Shown piece by piece: positions 15,392 through 29,855 of a stretch of 64,000 nucleotides of DNA (position 1 is the first letter of the stretch; the number at the start of each line of letters is the position of its first letter). The DNA lies in contig NIVC01001277.1 in NCBI GenBank assembly GCA_002269645.1, positions 182,970 to 246,969 on the forward strand, given 5' to 3'. The notes under the pieces were generated by a model. It did no database searches. It was given only the letters and a program-made list of their open reading frames with translations, and was not told the DNA's origin. Origin of the DNA: Macrostomum lignano (Eukaryota). The translations under genes and the position numbers were made by a program.

Positions 15392-16466
15392 ATGGGGCGA
15401 TTTGAGAGGACAGGGGCGGATTTGAGAGGACAGGGGCGGATTTGAGAGGACAGGGGCGGATTTGAGAGGACAGGGGCGGATTTGAGAGGACAGGGGCGGA
15501 TTTGAGAGGACAGGGGCGGATTTGAGAGGACAGGGGCGGATTTGAGAGGACAGGGGCGGATTTGAGAGGACAGGGGCGGATTTGAGAGGACAGGGGCGGA
15601 TTTGAGAGGACAGGGGCGGATTTGAGAGGACAGGGGCGGATTTGAGAGGACAGGAGCGGATTTGAGAGGACAGGGGCGGATTTGAGAGGACAGGGGCGGA
15701 TTTGAGAGGACAGGGGCGGATTTGAGAGGACAGGGGCGGATTTGAGAGGACAGGGGCGGATTTGAGAGGACAGGGGCGGATTTGAGAGGACAGGGGCGGA
15801 TTTGAGAGGACAAGAGCGGATTTGAGAGGACAGGGGCGGATTTGAGAGGACAGGGGCGGATTTGAGAGGACAGAGGAGGATTCAAGAGAGGACAGGAGCG
15901 GATTTGAAAGGACAGGGGCGGATTTGAGAGGACAGGGGCGGATTTGAGAGGACAGGGGTGGATTTGAGAGGACAGGGGCGGATTTGAGAGGACAGGGGCG
16001 GATTTGAGAGGACAGGGGCGGATTTCAGAGGACAGGGGCGGATTCAATAGAGGACAGGAGCGGATTCAAGAGAGGACAGGAGCGGATTTGAGAGGACAGG
16101 GGCGGATTCAAGAGAGGACAGGCGCGGATTTGAGAGGACAGGGGCGGATTCAAGAGGGGACAGGAGCGGATTTGAGAGGACAGGGGCGGATTCAAGAGAG
16201 GACAGGAGCGGATTCAAGAGAGGACAGGCGCGGATTTGAGAGGACAGGAGCGGATTTGAGAGGACAGGGGCGGATTCAAGAGAGGACAGGAGCGGATTCA
16301 AGAGAGGACAGGAGCGGATTTGAGAGGACAGGGGCGGATTCAAGAGAGGACAGGCGCGGATTTGAGAGGACAGGGGCGGATTCAAGAGAGGACAGGGGTG
16401 GATTTGAGAGGACAGGAGCGGATTTGAGAGGACAGGAGCGGATTCAAGAGAGGACAGGGGTGGATT
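15392..16466 (+). repeat. 20-bp minisatellite GGGGCGGATTTGAGAGGACA, about 53 copies
   Basis: Seen directly; the right half has 21-bp GGATTCAAGAGAGG variants. Confidence 0.98.
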
Positions 16467-17076
16467 TGAAATGGATTTAGAAGGAACCGCACGTGGATAA
16501 AAATATAGGATCGCATAGCTTAATTGAAAGAACAATCTCAAACCTCCTACAGGAGCATAAGTGACGATGCACACCAGACTCTCATTCCATGAACTGGATC
16601 TGCTATGTACTCGCGCATTCAGCATCAAGTTACCGAAGGCAGAACGGTGTTACAAGCAGTGTAGCAATCAGTCAGTGATTTCTGCAACTGAAGCACAGAA
16701 CAGACAGGACCTTAACGTAGGAAATCCGTCCCCTGCAAACCCCAGGCTGACTGCATGCTGAGCGTGTATCGATAATCTCCCCCTCCCCTCCATCGGATGC
16801 GTGCTGATATTTCACCGAATTCAGACTGATGCTGCAAGCGTTTCGCGTGCAGTCTGACAACAGTAGCGACTTGGGCCATGAGCTGCGAACCAATTTGTTA
16901 TGAGGCATTTCGCTACATGCCGAGCTCTGTCTCGCATTTTTGTGCAGAGCTGGACTCGAGCTTAGGGCTTGGTTTCGACGAGTGTTTTCACCGCCCTCAA
17001 AGCCTTTGATGGTGTGTCAGTGCATAACCCACTGGAGTGTAGCTGACAGTCTTCAAGAATAATTTGCCTTTAGTAA

Positions 17077-17136
17077 GTGTGCTGTGTGTGCTGTGTGTGC
17101 TGTGTGTGCTGTGTGTGCTGTGTGTCCTGTGTGTGC
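17077..17136 (+). repeat. 9-bp repeat GTGTGCTGT
   Basis: About 6 copies. Confidence 0.9.
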
Positions 17137-17193
17137 GATATGCAATGTAGCCAAACACAATTCTGTGAATGGGTGGCTGGGTGCGTAGATATC

Positions 17194-17534
<341 letters not shown>

Positions 17535-18395
17535 GCAAAATTCCGTTAAATTCTGCCAGTTCACCTTGCCAAGATGGGAAAAAGTCCCAATGCTAAACCG
17601 CTGAGAACGATGCTGTCTCAGGTGCCGACTCCATCAATCAACTTATAGAAAAGCCCACAGCGCTCGCTCACCTCGGATATTGTTTGCAAAGTCAAATTAA
17701 TAAATTTATCAGTCACGAGATGGCGCCAGAGACAACTAGCATTTCCTTTGTCACCCGAGGCGCGAGCGCTGCGTCCGTAGGTGAGCAAAAACAACTCTTT
17801 GAGTTGCGCATGTCTCTGCAAGGGATTATTTTCCCAACAAAAGCTCCCCAGAGCCTGACTCCGCATGAGTGCGCCGGAATTGGCGGATCGGCCCCACCAA
17901 GTCCCCGCCTGTCGCATCCTCTCTGCCATTCCTTTTTTGCCTGTTCGAAGTTAAAACTGGGTGAAAATTAATTAACTTTTAAAATGGGAATCGGTTGGGG
18001 AAAAAGGCCTCCAGAGTACGCAGACGATGTGGGAATGATACGAAGACAGTCCCCAGTGGGATAATCAAGTTGAAAAATTGCCCAGCAACTATGGGAAACC
18101 CAGCAGATCAGGCTGCTGCGGACTGGGGTGTCAGTCAATTTAAAATAGAAAAGATAATTTTTTGCCTTTGCGTGAAATGAGGCGCACCTGTTGTTGGCGA
18201 GAGCAAAGTTTCCATTTGTTTGTGTTTTTGTCGTATGAAAATCTTATTAATATAAAGTTAAATTTTGGGCCCATTGTCAACGAATATTTTGTGTAGATTG
18301 ACAGTTAAAAACTGGGCATCCAATTTGCATGTTGTTTTTTGCATACGAACTTTGATATAAATAACAGCTGATATTGTCATTCTAGCGATAAGGCG

Positions 18396-19265
18396 TGTGA
18401 TTCTAGGAAAGGTGAGACTGGAGAGGGTAAAGCGGGGACAGGTGATTCTAGGAAAGGTGAGACTGGAGAGGGTAAAGCGGGGATAGGTGATTCTAGGAAA
18501 GGTGAGACTGGAGAGGGTAAAGCGGGGATAGGTGATTCTAGGAAAGGTGAGACTGGAGAGGGTAAAGCGGGCACAGGTGATTCTAGGAAAGGTGAGACTG
18601 GAGAGGGTAAAGCGGGGATAGGTGATTCTAGGAAAGGTGAGACTGGAGAGGGTAAAGCGGGGATAGGTGATTCTAGGAAAGGTGAGACTGGAGAGGGTAA
18701 AGCGGGGATAGGTGATTCTAGGAAAGGTGAGACTGGAGAGGGTAAAGCGGGCACAGGTGATTCTAGGAAAGGTGAGACTGGAGAGGGTAAAGCGGGGACA
18801 GGTGATTCTAGGAAAGGTGAGACTGGAGAGGGTAAAGCGGGGACAGGTGATTCTAGGAAAGGTGAGACTGGAGAGGGTAAAGCGGCGATAGGTGATTTTA
18901 GGAAAGGTGAGACTGGAGAGGGTAAAGCGGGGATAGGTGATTCTAGGAAAGGTGAGACTGGAGAGGGTAAAGCGGGGATAGGTGATTCTAGGAAAGGTGA
19001 GACTGGAGAGGGTAAAGCGGGGATAGGTGATTCTAGGAAAGGTGAGACTGGAGAGGGTAAAGCGGGGATAGGTGATTCTAGGAAAGGTGAGACTGGAGAG
19101 GGTAAAGCGGGGACAGGTGATTCTAGGAAAGGTGAGACTGGAGAGGGTAAAGCGGGGACAGGTGATTCTAGGAAAGGTGAGACTGGAGAGGGTAAAGCGG
19201 GGACAGGTGATTCTAGGAAAGGTGAGACTGGAGAGGGTAAAGCGGGGACAGGTGATTCTAGGAAA
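18396..19265 (+). repeat. 45-bp minisatellite GGTGATTCTAGGAAAGGTGAGACTGGAGAGGGTAAAGCGGGGA(T/C)A, about 19 copies
   Basis: Period 45 seen directly; very homogeneous. Confidence 0.98.
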
Positions 19266-22200
19266 AACATGAAAACAGACGAATTCTGAAAAAGGAGAGA
19301 GAAGATCAGGAAGCGAACTAGCAGATGCAGAAGCACTCAGCTTCACTTTGTAATCCTGTTAGGCATTTTAAACGAAATTTGATCCCACACAGCTCCATCA
19401 TTCCCGTAGTAACACCGACGCTACACAGTCACGAGAGCAACAAAAACGTGTGCAAGACTTGCCGGCAGGTGCGAACAGTAAAAGAAGAAGAAGCCGCATC
19501 GTAGTAACCCGGGTGTCATTATTTGCTGCGTGGTTTTTTGCAAAGCATTTAACATCCAGACGTTTCTTGCCAGCACAGGGATCTGCGAGTTGCCATGGGG
19601 AGGGGATAAGTCGTTCCGGCACTTTGTCCAGGTGGGAGGTGTGATGGAAGATTTCCAGGGAAGAAAGAGGATTTGTAGGATTAATAGAGCGGGGGGAAAA
19701 GTGAAGGAGATTTCCCACAGCTGCAGGTGTCTACCTGGCGGTCTGTGCAGTTGGGTCACTGGGGAGTTTCTACCTTGGCAACCACCGCCAGCTCCGCTGG
19801 GACCGCCACGCACGGAGGAGAGAGTTTAGAACGCTTTAGAAAGTTATTAGGATAATCTTAATAAATCTTGTGCCACTTCCTGTGCCGCACACGCAGCCTC
19901 CTTTAAGCGCCATCATCGCGCGATCGTGACTTTCTGCGGCTAAAAAATATTAATTCTTCCCCTTCTTCGTCTTTCCTCTCTTCTCGTCCACTTTCTTCCC
20001 ATTTTGCAATTCTTTGACTTATTCTTAATCTACCAAATAGCTGGTCAGGCCGCTTGCTTTGTTTATACTCGCATTTGCCAGCAGATTTGGCGGAAGGGTG
20101 AAATATCACAGCACGGCAGCAGAATAATCAGGGCTCGAACCCCCGCCCCCTGGTCTAATAAACACCAGTGCTGCATTCGAGTTCAACGTCAATATATTTC
20201 GTCTACTCGTTTGGGAATCTGCATGGCAACCGAAGCTGGGGTTGGGGAGTGGGGTTCCGCACGCCATCAACAGTTCGCAGCACGAGACTTTCCTCCATCA
20301 TCCGACCGGCTTAAGGAAATCTGTGGGAAATTAAAACATCCACCATCCCCTTAGTTTAGCCGGGGTGTGTTTAGCATCAGCAACGGTGATTATAAACAGG
20401 TGTCAGCGGGGGTGCCCGTGCCATGATTTCGAGCTGGTTAGATGGGGATTCTTAATTGAGGACTCGGGGGGGGGGGAGCATTTTATTTGATGAGGGAGAG
20501 AGTCCCCCCCCCCAAGTACTTCAAGTGGCACCGCGATGCGCAATTATTTCGATTGTCGAAGTGAAATCTGAAGAACCGAAACTAAGCTAACTGTTTATTT
20601 TGAAGTTCAAAGCAAACTTAGCGAAGTATCAAGAGAGAGAGAGAGAGTTCACTAAATTTAACAATGGGTTTTAATAAGGTAATATGACAGACTTAACCAA
20701 GACTGCATGCGACAGTGTTATAAAGATCTACAAAGACTCTCTCACACAGTACAGCCTATGCAAAAGACTGCTGATTGTCACAATGCTTGCTTCCAGCTAG
20801 TCAGGGTGTCCTCCCTGAAGCGGCCACTTCATCACTTCATCTCCGCCCTCCCCTCACGCCCTGCCACCTGATCGCTAATCAATTCGGGATCTTCAGCACG
20901 CCCGCTGATCTCGGGGATTTCGAAAGGATGCTAGCTGGGAGTGCAGGTACGGTTCCGCCCCTCGGCTGCATATTTTAGGATATTTAGCACCTTCACTGCT
21001 AAACTCGCGCCCATACCTGCTTGACACGGGCCAAAGAGAGGGGGGTGGGAGGAGAAGTGAAAAAAGTGGGCAAGATTCTGATCTCCCCAGTGCAGGGCCA
21101 AGAAGCGATCTAGATAAGCATCTGCACAAGGCGGCCCCCCAAGGGGGAGGCTGCGCCAGTTCTTGGCCCGTCTGGCTGGAACAGAGGAAGCTGTGCCCTC
21201 GCAGGATGCAGCGCCACCCATAGCGAGGGAGGCTGGGAAAGTGTTAACACTTCAAAGCGACCAGCAGCTAAACAGCTAATGGCACAGCTTAAGCCCCGGG
21301 TATTCGAGACTTTGCTATCGATTTTTGATTTGCCAAGGAATGGTTTGTCACTATCTGACTGTTGGGATCAGAGCGTTCCTTGTCACGATTTCCCCGAATC
21401 CCGAAGTAAGTCTCCAACAGTTCCAGCTGCGCATTCCAGCACGCGCTTCATCAAGTTGCTGCCAGCATCTCTCTCAGCTTCTGCCTGGCTTGTGTAGCCA
21501 AGTCATTTTCGTCAGTGAACTCGAAATTAAACCGCATCCCCCACAGCCAGCCTGATTTGGATCTTCAATGAGAAGTTTGAAAAACAGGTCGAATCCTAAA
21601 AGAAAAAGAAATGGCTTTAAACTATCTGTGGGTTTTCTGTGAAGTTTGCCGCGCAGGTTTCTGGGTTCGGTACAGAGCTGCGCGAACTGCAAATTATAAT
21701 TAAGATGAAAGCAAAATGGATGGCCCCACTGGTCTTGTAGCAATTGTTCGCACCGGGCCGGTTCGTCTGCCCCAATGCGGTCCTGGGCTGGGGAACAGGT
21801 AAGAAGAGGCCAAAACTGCTTCTATTAGAAGCAAAAAATGACACAATCGAGGTTGGCGCAATATGATCCGGGGAAAGGTAGTTACAAGACAATCATCCCC
21901 TCATCAACTCAGTCTGAAGCAAAGTCATAATTCATTTTTCTCTCTACAAACTGTTGTTGGCAGTCTGCCGCCAGGGCAATGCTTCATCTTAGCAGCTATA
22001 AATCCCTGAGCAATAAAAGCTCGCCTTCAAGTTTCAGATCTCAAATTTCACAATCCCTTGGATTGAATGCGGTTGCCAGGGGGAGAAGGGTGACTCTTCA
22101 CCTTCTAGAAGCAGAAAAATCCGCATTGTAAAAGCACTTGAAAACATAAAAACCCAAGAAGCTCAGTTTTAACAACTCACCTCAAAGTTGTTCTCCGCTT

Positions 22201-22629
22201 AGAGTTCCGCATTTCGAAATCGTTCTGCAGAAAATCTTCTTCTAAAAGCAGCAATCTGTGCGAATTTCGACTCGGTGGCGGAGAATTTCGGTCGGCACTG
22301 CCTGCTTTTGTCTGCTTTCAGCCTGTCGAACCGCCCTCCCTCCGCTGCAGTTGGGGAGACCAGCGAGAAGGATTTCTTGGCGTTTAAAGCGTTGGCCACT
22401 CAGTCAGTGTATACACAGAAAGCAATTCAAGGGGCGCATCAGTCGCTCACTGTTGTCTCAGATAATACCCTCCCTACTGGCCTGCCTCCCCCATTCGGTG
22501 TTTAGGAGGCACTGCGGCAGGATGCGCCTGCGAGAGAGGAGGAGATGTCGGCTGTGCCCCTCAGGATGCTGGCAACTAGAAGATTTCGTGTATTTTTTGC
22601 CTCTCATTTGTGCCACTGTCTCTCTTGAC

Positions 22630-23240
22630 TCTCCACCTCTCTGCCTTCCTTTTTCACCTCTCTCCCCATCTTTCTCACCTCTCTGCCTCTCTTTCTCACC
22701 TCTCTCCCTCCCTTTCTCACCTCTCTCCCTCTCATTCTCACCTCTCTCCCCCTCTTTCTCACCTCTCTCCCCCTCTTTCTCACCTCTCTCCCTCTCTTTC
22801 TCACCTCTCTCCCCCTCTTTCTCACCTCTCTCCCTCTCATTCTCACCTCTCTCCCCCTCTTTCTCACCTCTCTCCCCCTCTTTCTCACCTCTCTCCCCCT
22901 CTTTCTCACCTCTCTTCCTCTTTTTCTCACCTCTCTCCCCCTCTTTCTCACCTCTCTCCCCCTCTTTCTCACCTCTCTCCCTCTCTTTCTCACCTCTCTC
23001 CCCCTCTTTCTCACCTCTCTCCCTCTCTTTCTCACCTCTCTCCCTCTCTTTCTCACCTCTCTCCCTCTCTTTCTCACCTCTCTCCCTCTCTTTCTCACCT
23101 CTCTCCCTCTCTTTCTCACCTCTCTCCCTCTCTTTCTCACCTCTCTCCCTCTCTTTCTCACCTCTCTCCCTCTCTTTTTCTCACCTCCTCTCTCACCTTT
23201 CTCCCTCTCTTCTCTCCCTTATCTCCCCTCACCTCTCTCT
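22630..23240 (+). repeat. Pyrimidine-rich 21-bp minisatellite TTTCTCACCTCTCTCCCTCTC, about 28 copies
   Basis: Seen directly. Confidence 0.97.
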
Positions 23241-23925
23241 TACTCAGAAACTATCACACATAATAAAAATCAATGTGCCCTTTTTTGACGTGAACAAAAA
23301 TTCACAACGAATCCAATTACAAAAAACAATGCATTGATTGATGGGCGCTCATTATTAGCCACTTATTGCAACACTGATTGGGGCACAGGGAAGTTCAAAG
23401 TTCAAAGGCGCGCACGGGTGCAGTTGTCTCGACACAGGAAATGGTGAAGCTTCGGCAACCCTGTCTACACAGCTAATTAGACAATGGAATGCATCCGCAG
23501 ATGATATCTCTGAATAAAGACTTCATTATAACCTCCTCCTCTATACAAAGACCCATTGTGGAAGGCTTTGCAGAGTATTAATGTGAAATTGAAATCCCAG
23601 CGCCCTGCATTCCATTCTGACAGAACAGGAGAATTCCGCTGCTTGGGTGCGTGGGTGTCCCCAATGCCCCCCACACTCTCAGCCCCCCCCCCCAGACAGG
23701 ACCTGCGAATTCCATTCTGGATCTGTCAGTCAAATCTAGACGCTTATGAAAGGTCTGGGTGAATGCCGAAGTATTCCTTTTGGCCGGCCGAATCTTCCCA
23801 CGAACCTCTTGGAGGGCATTGCTGCGCACGGGCCTTGGGTCCCACTCGGTGGCCGGCATCTTAGCCAGCTGTCTCGAGTGTCCCTCACTCAGCTTTGGTT
23901 GCGGTCCGGATGTCAGCTGCTAATT

Positions 23926-25696
23926 CTCTGACACTCACCTGCCAGCATCTGACACTCACCCGCCAGCATCTGACACTCACCTACCAGCATCTGACACTCA
24001 CCTGCCAGCATCTGACACTCACCTGCTAGCATCTGACACTCAACTGCCAGCATCTGACACTCACCTGCCAGCATCTGACACTCACCTGCTAGCATCTGAC
24101 ACTCACCCGCCAGCATCTGACACTCACCTACCAGCATCTGACACTCACCTGCCAGCATCTGACACTCACCTGCTAGCATCTGACACTCAACTGCCAGCAT
24201 CTGACACTCACCTGCCAGCATCTGACACTCACCTGCTAGCATCTGACACTCACCTGCCAGCATCTGACACTCACCTGCTAGCATCTGACACTCACCTGCT
24301 AGCATCTGACACTCACCTGCTAGCATCTGACACTCACCTGCCAGCATCTGACACTCACCTGCTAGCATCTGACACTCAACTGCCAGCATCTGACACTCAC
24401 CTGCCAGCATCTGACACTCACCTGCCAGCATCTGACACTCACCTGCCAGCATCTGACACTCACCTGCCAGCATCTGACACTCACCCGCCAGCATCTGACA
24501 CTCACCTGCCAGCATCTGACACTCACCTGCTAGCATCTGATACTCACCTGCTAGCATCTGACACTCACCTGCCAGCATCTGACACTCACCTGCCAGCATC
24601 TGACACTCATCTGCTAGCATCTGACACTCACCTGCCAGCATCTGACACTCATTCACCAACATATGACACTCATTCAAAAGCATCTGACACTCACCTGCTA
24701 GCATCTGACACTCACCTGCCAGCATCTGACACTCACCTGTCAGCATCTGACACTCACCTGCCAGCATCTGACACTCATTCACCAACATATGACACTCATT
24801 CAAAAGCATCTGACACTCACCTGCTAGCATCTGACACTCACCTGCCAGCATCTGACACTCACCTGCCAGTATCTGACACTCACCTACCAGCATCTGACAC
24901 TCACCTGCCAGCATCTGACACTTACCTGCTAGCATCTGACACTCAACTGCCAGCATCTGACACTCAACTGCCAGCATCTGACACTCACCTGCCAGCATCT
25001 GACACTCACCTGCTAGCATCTGATACTCATTCAAAAGCATCTGACACTCATTCAAAAGCATCTGACACTCACCCGCTAGCATCTGACACCCACCTGCCAG
25101 CATCTGACACTCACCTGCCAGCATCTGACACTCACCTACCATCATCTGACACTCACCCGCCAGCATCTGACACTCACCCGCCAGCATCTGACACTCACCT
25201 GTCAGCATCTGACACTCACCCGCCAGCATCTGACACTCACCCGCCAGCATCTGACACTCACCTACCAGCATCTGACACTCACCTACCATCATCTGACACT
25301 CACCCGCCAGCATCTGACACTCACCTGCCAGCATCTGACACTCACCTGCCAGCATCTGACACTCACCTGCCAGCATCTGACACTCACCCGCCAGCATCTG
25401 ACACTCACCCGCCAGCATCTGACACTCACCTGCCAGCATCTGACACTCACCCGCCAGCATCTGACACTCACCGCCAGCATCTGACACTCACCCGCCAGCA
25501 TCTGACACTCACCTGCCAGCATCTGACACTCACCTGCCAGCATCTGACACTCACCTGCCAGCATCTGACACTCACCTGCCAGCATCTGACACTCACCCGC
25601 CAGCATCTGACACTCACCCGCCAGCATCTGACACTCACCCGCCAGCATCTGACACTCAACTGCCAGCATCTGACACTCACCTGCCAGCATCTGACA
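23926..25696 (+). repeat. 21-bp minisatellite CAGCATCTGACACTCACCTGC, about 84 copies
   Basis: Seen directly. Confidence 0.98.
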
Positions 25697-27164
25697 CCAC
25701 AGAACCCACCATCATAGACGGTGACCTTCTAACTTCGAGCATAAAACTTCTACAAAGGTAAATGAGTCATAGCAACTAGGAAAAATTGTCATAGGAGAAT
25801 TTTTTCCTCCTGATGAAAGAAACGCAATCGCCAACTGACTGACTGACTGACACTTGTCCCCCCCCCCCAGCCTGCGGTCAAGACACCTGAGAGCGGCCTC
25901 CACTCTTAGCAGTCGGATTCCGCAGCCTTGAATATCATGGGAAAGCTTCAGGAGACAGGAGGGACGGAACGGTCGCGGGTCCCATGACAACTGCCCGGCT
26001 CGAAGGCTCCCCGCGGAGTCCCAGCAAACAGCTGGGCGGCATTCGCAAATGCCCCAGCAGACTTCAGCTGCCCCAAGCCTCGCTTTCCACCCATCCACTT
26101 TCATCGAGACTTCGGGCACGCATTTCGGCTAAAAGACACGAGCAAAACATTGAAGGGGTCAGGTTGCTGCACAACAGATGATCCTCTCGCGTCTTTGCAA
26201 ATTGCCATCCTAGAGACACGGACAGACAGACGGACGGACAGGCAGGCAGGCAGACAGGCGGGGTTAACAGCGCGGAGCACGTGTTGCGCGTGTCTCTCCT
26301 CGCTGCCCTGCCCTGGCCTCGTGCGTTAGCGAAAAAAGATTTTTTGTAAACAAAATTAAAAAATCGCCTGCCTGCCTCTTTTGCAGCTGTAATTAATGCC
26401 GCCAATTCTCGCAGCCTCTTCGCTTCATCAGAAATAAGTCGAAGGGAAAATCTTCTGACCACGAGGCAGCTCTGGGTGGGGGGGGAGGAAAGAAAAAGGT
26501 GCGAAAAAGGGCTCTCCTCCCAGCAACCAAATCCGGGCGAAGCCAAAGGCAGTCAGCAGCAATAGGGGAGGATTAAGTGAGGCCCAGTGAATCCCCAATT
26601 AACTGGATCGGAACTTATTTTCACTGAAAACATTGGGGCGGCAGGAACTGCCCAGAAATTGAAGAAAATCGAAGAGAGAGAGAGGAGAGGGCGCGAAGTG
26701 ATGGAGCTGGAGGGGTGTAAGTGGGCTGAGACTGGGTGAGTGCCCAGTGTGAGGGAAAACAAACCGTTTCTGACTGCCAGCCGGCAGAAGATTTCGCTCA
26801 GTGAAGAAACTGCAAGCTTGAAATCGCAGTTTTATTATCCAACAGTTTAAGGTGCGGCGGATTAATATTTTCTGCGCCGGGCTTGGGTCGATATAATAAA
26901 ATCTTTCAAACATTTTATTGCCCCGTGCCGTGTTTCATCGAATAAGGAAAAAACACTTTTGGTGTCTGCTGCTGCAGTTTTGAATTCCTTCTGTGGAATT
27001 TGCTTGAAATGAAAATTTCGCTGAAAGAGAGACTTCACGCCTGATGGAAGTGCTTGGGAGAGGGAGACTGGGGATGGGGCGGCCGGCCTTGCGGACAGGG
27101 GGCCTGTCAATCAGTCATCCCGAGAACGCAGACTGTTAGAATTATTAAAGGGTAATATAAACAG

Positions 27165-28093
27165 ATAGGTAGATAAGTAGATAGGTAGGTAGATAGGTAG
27201 ATAGAAAGGTAGATAGATACGTAGCTAGGTAGGTAGGTAGTTTGGTAGATAGGTAGATAGGTAGACAGGTAGATAGGTAGTAGGTAGAAAGGTAGATAGA
27301 TAGGCAGATAGGTAGATAGGTAGATAGGTAAGTAGACAGGTAGATAGGTAGATGGGTAGACAGGTAGATGAGTAGACAGGTAGATGAGTAGACAGGTAGA
27401 TGAGTAGACAGGTAGATGAGTAGACAGGTAGATGGGTAGACAGGTAGATGAGTAGACAGGTAGATGGGTAGACAGGTAGATGAGTAGACAGGTAGATGAG
27501 TAGACAGGTAGATGGGTAGACAGGTAGATGGGTAGACAGGTAGATGAGTAGACAGGTAGATGAGTAGACAGGTAGATGAGTAGACAGGTAGATGGGTAGA
27601 CAGGTAGATGAGTAGACAGGTAGATGGGTAGACAGGTAGATGAGTAGACAGGTAGATGGGTAGACAGGTAGATGAGTAGACAGGTAGATGGGTAGACAGG
27701 TAGATGGGTAGACAGGTAGATGGGTAGACAGGTAGATGAGTAGACAGGTAGAGGGGTAGACAGGTAGATGGGTAGACAGGTAGATGGGTAGACAGGTAGA
27801 TGGGTAGACAGGTAGATGGGTAGACAGGTAGATGGGTAGACAGGTAGATGAGTAGACAGGTAGAGGGGTAGACAGGTAGAGGGGTAGACAGGTAGATGGG
27901 TAGACAGGTAGAGGGGTAGACAGGTAGATGGGTAGACAGGTAGATGGGTAGACAGGTAGATGGGTAGACAGGTAGATGGGTAGACAGGTAGATGGGTAGA
28001 CAGGTAGATGGGTAGACAGGTAGATGGGTAGACAGGTAGATGGGTAGACAGGTAGATGGGTAGACAGGTAGATGGGTAGACAGGTAGATGGGT
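27165..28093 (+). repeat. 16-bp minisatellite GTAGACAGGTAGATG(G/A), arising from a GGTA/GATA-type mixed tract
   Basis: Irregular tetranucleotide mix from 27165 to 27335, then regular period 16. Confidence 0.97.
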
Positions 28094-28672
28094 GGGCAGT
28101 GTGCGCAGCCAGCAATCCGTGAATGAATAATTCAGGCCCTCAGCAAACAGAAGCGGCTACTGAAGTGTCCAAGCCGGCAGTCGATGGGGCTGCCATGAGG
28201 CGGAGGGCCGCAGGGGGTGGCAGCTCTTGACCCGGGCCTTTTGAGCACAGACAAACACGAGACTCCAAGCAGACCAAGTCCACCTTGAGCGGCTGAGTTG
28301 GGGGGGGGCGAATTTCAATTCCGACAAAGACAAACAAAGATTGCTCAGTGTATAAAATGAGAACAGGTCTTCAGGACCATGTGCTCAAAGTCCCTTCTGT
28401 CAACTCCCGAACCCAACTGTTAGTGAGAAGTGCCTTGGACTCTATTGGCCTGCGGAATTGGCTTGCATCACCGCGCCCAGTGTTTGGGTCAGTTTTGACT
28501 CAATAATTCTGTCAGCTCAAATCCCAATTATATCACACCTTAAATAGCCCGAATCCAATTCAATATGATTGCGTTTGATTGAAATTTTTGGATTACCTTG
28601 ACAGAGTTTTGATGAGCTCCCATGATTGCTCAAGAAAAGGTTCAGAGCCGTAGCTTTCAAAACTTGCCTGAG

Positions 28673-29855
<1,183 letters not shown>

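Noticed and set aside
18258-19346. 362-aa and 319-aa repeat ORFs, and a Gly-rich plus-strand reading
   Set aside because: 45-bp tandem array open in several frames; not Gly-X-Y collagen, and no signal peptide or exon context.
20130-20150. B-box-like GGTTCGAGCCC (minus strand); a similar motif at about 45425
   Set aside because: No A box or cloverleaf around either, so no tRNA or SINE call.
19300-22600. Many short ORFs in the FoxC-transportin intergenic unique DNA (also 14.9-18.3, 25.7-27.1 and 29.9-31.4 kb)
   Set aside because: No recognisable domains, no GC3-biased codon pattern like the real exons, and no consistent exon chain; I found no hidden FoxL1/FoxF exon.
23913-25690. 524-aa ORF of MLAGECQ repeats
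   Set aside because: Product of the 21-bp array; no non-repetitive domain or supporting gene structure.
27335-28093. CAGGTAG (Zelda/TAGteam) motif in every 16-bp unit
   Set aside because: Zelda is known from arthropods; the genes here do not suggest an insect, so no Zelda role is claimed.
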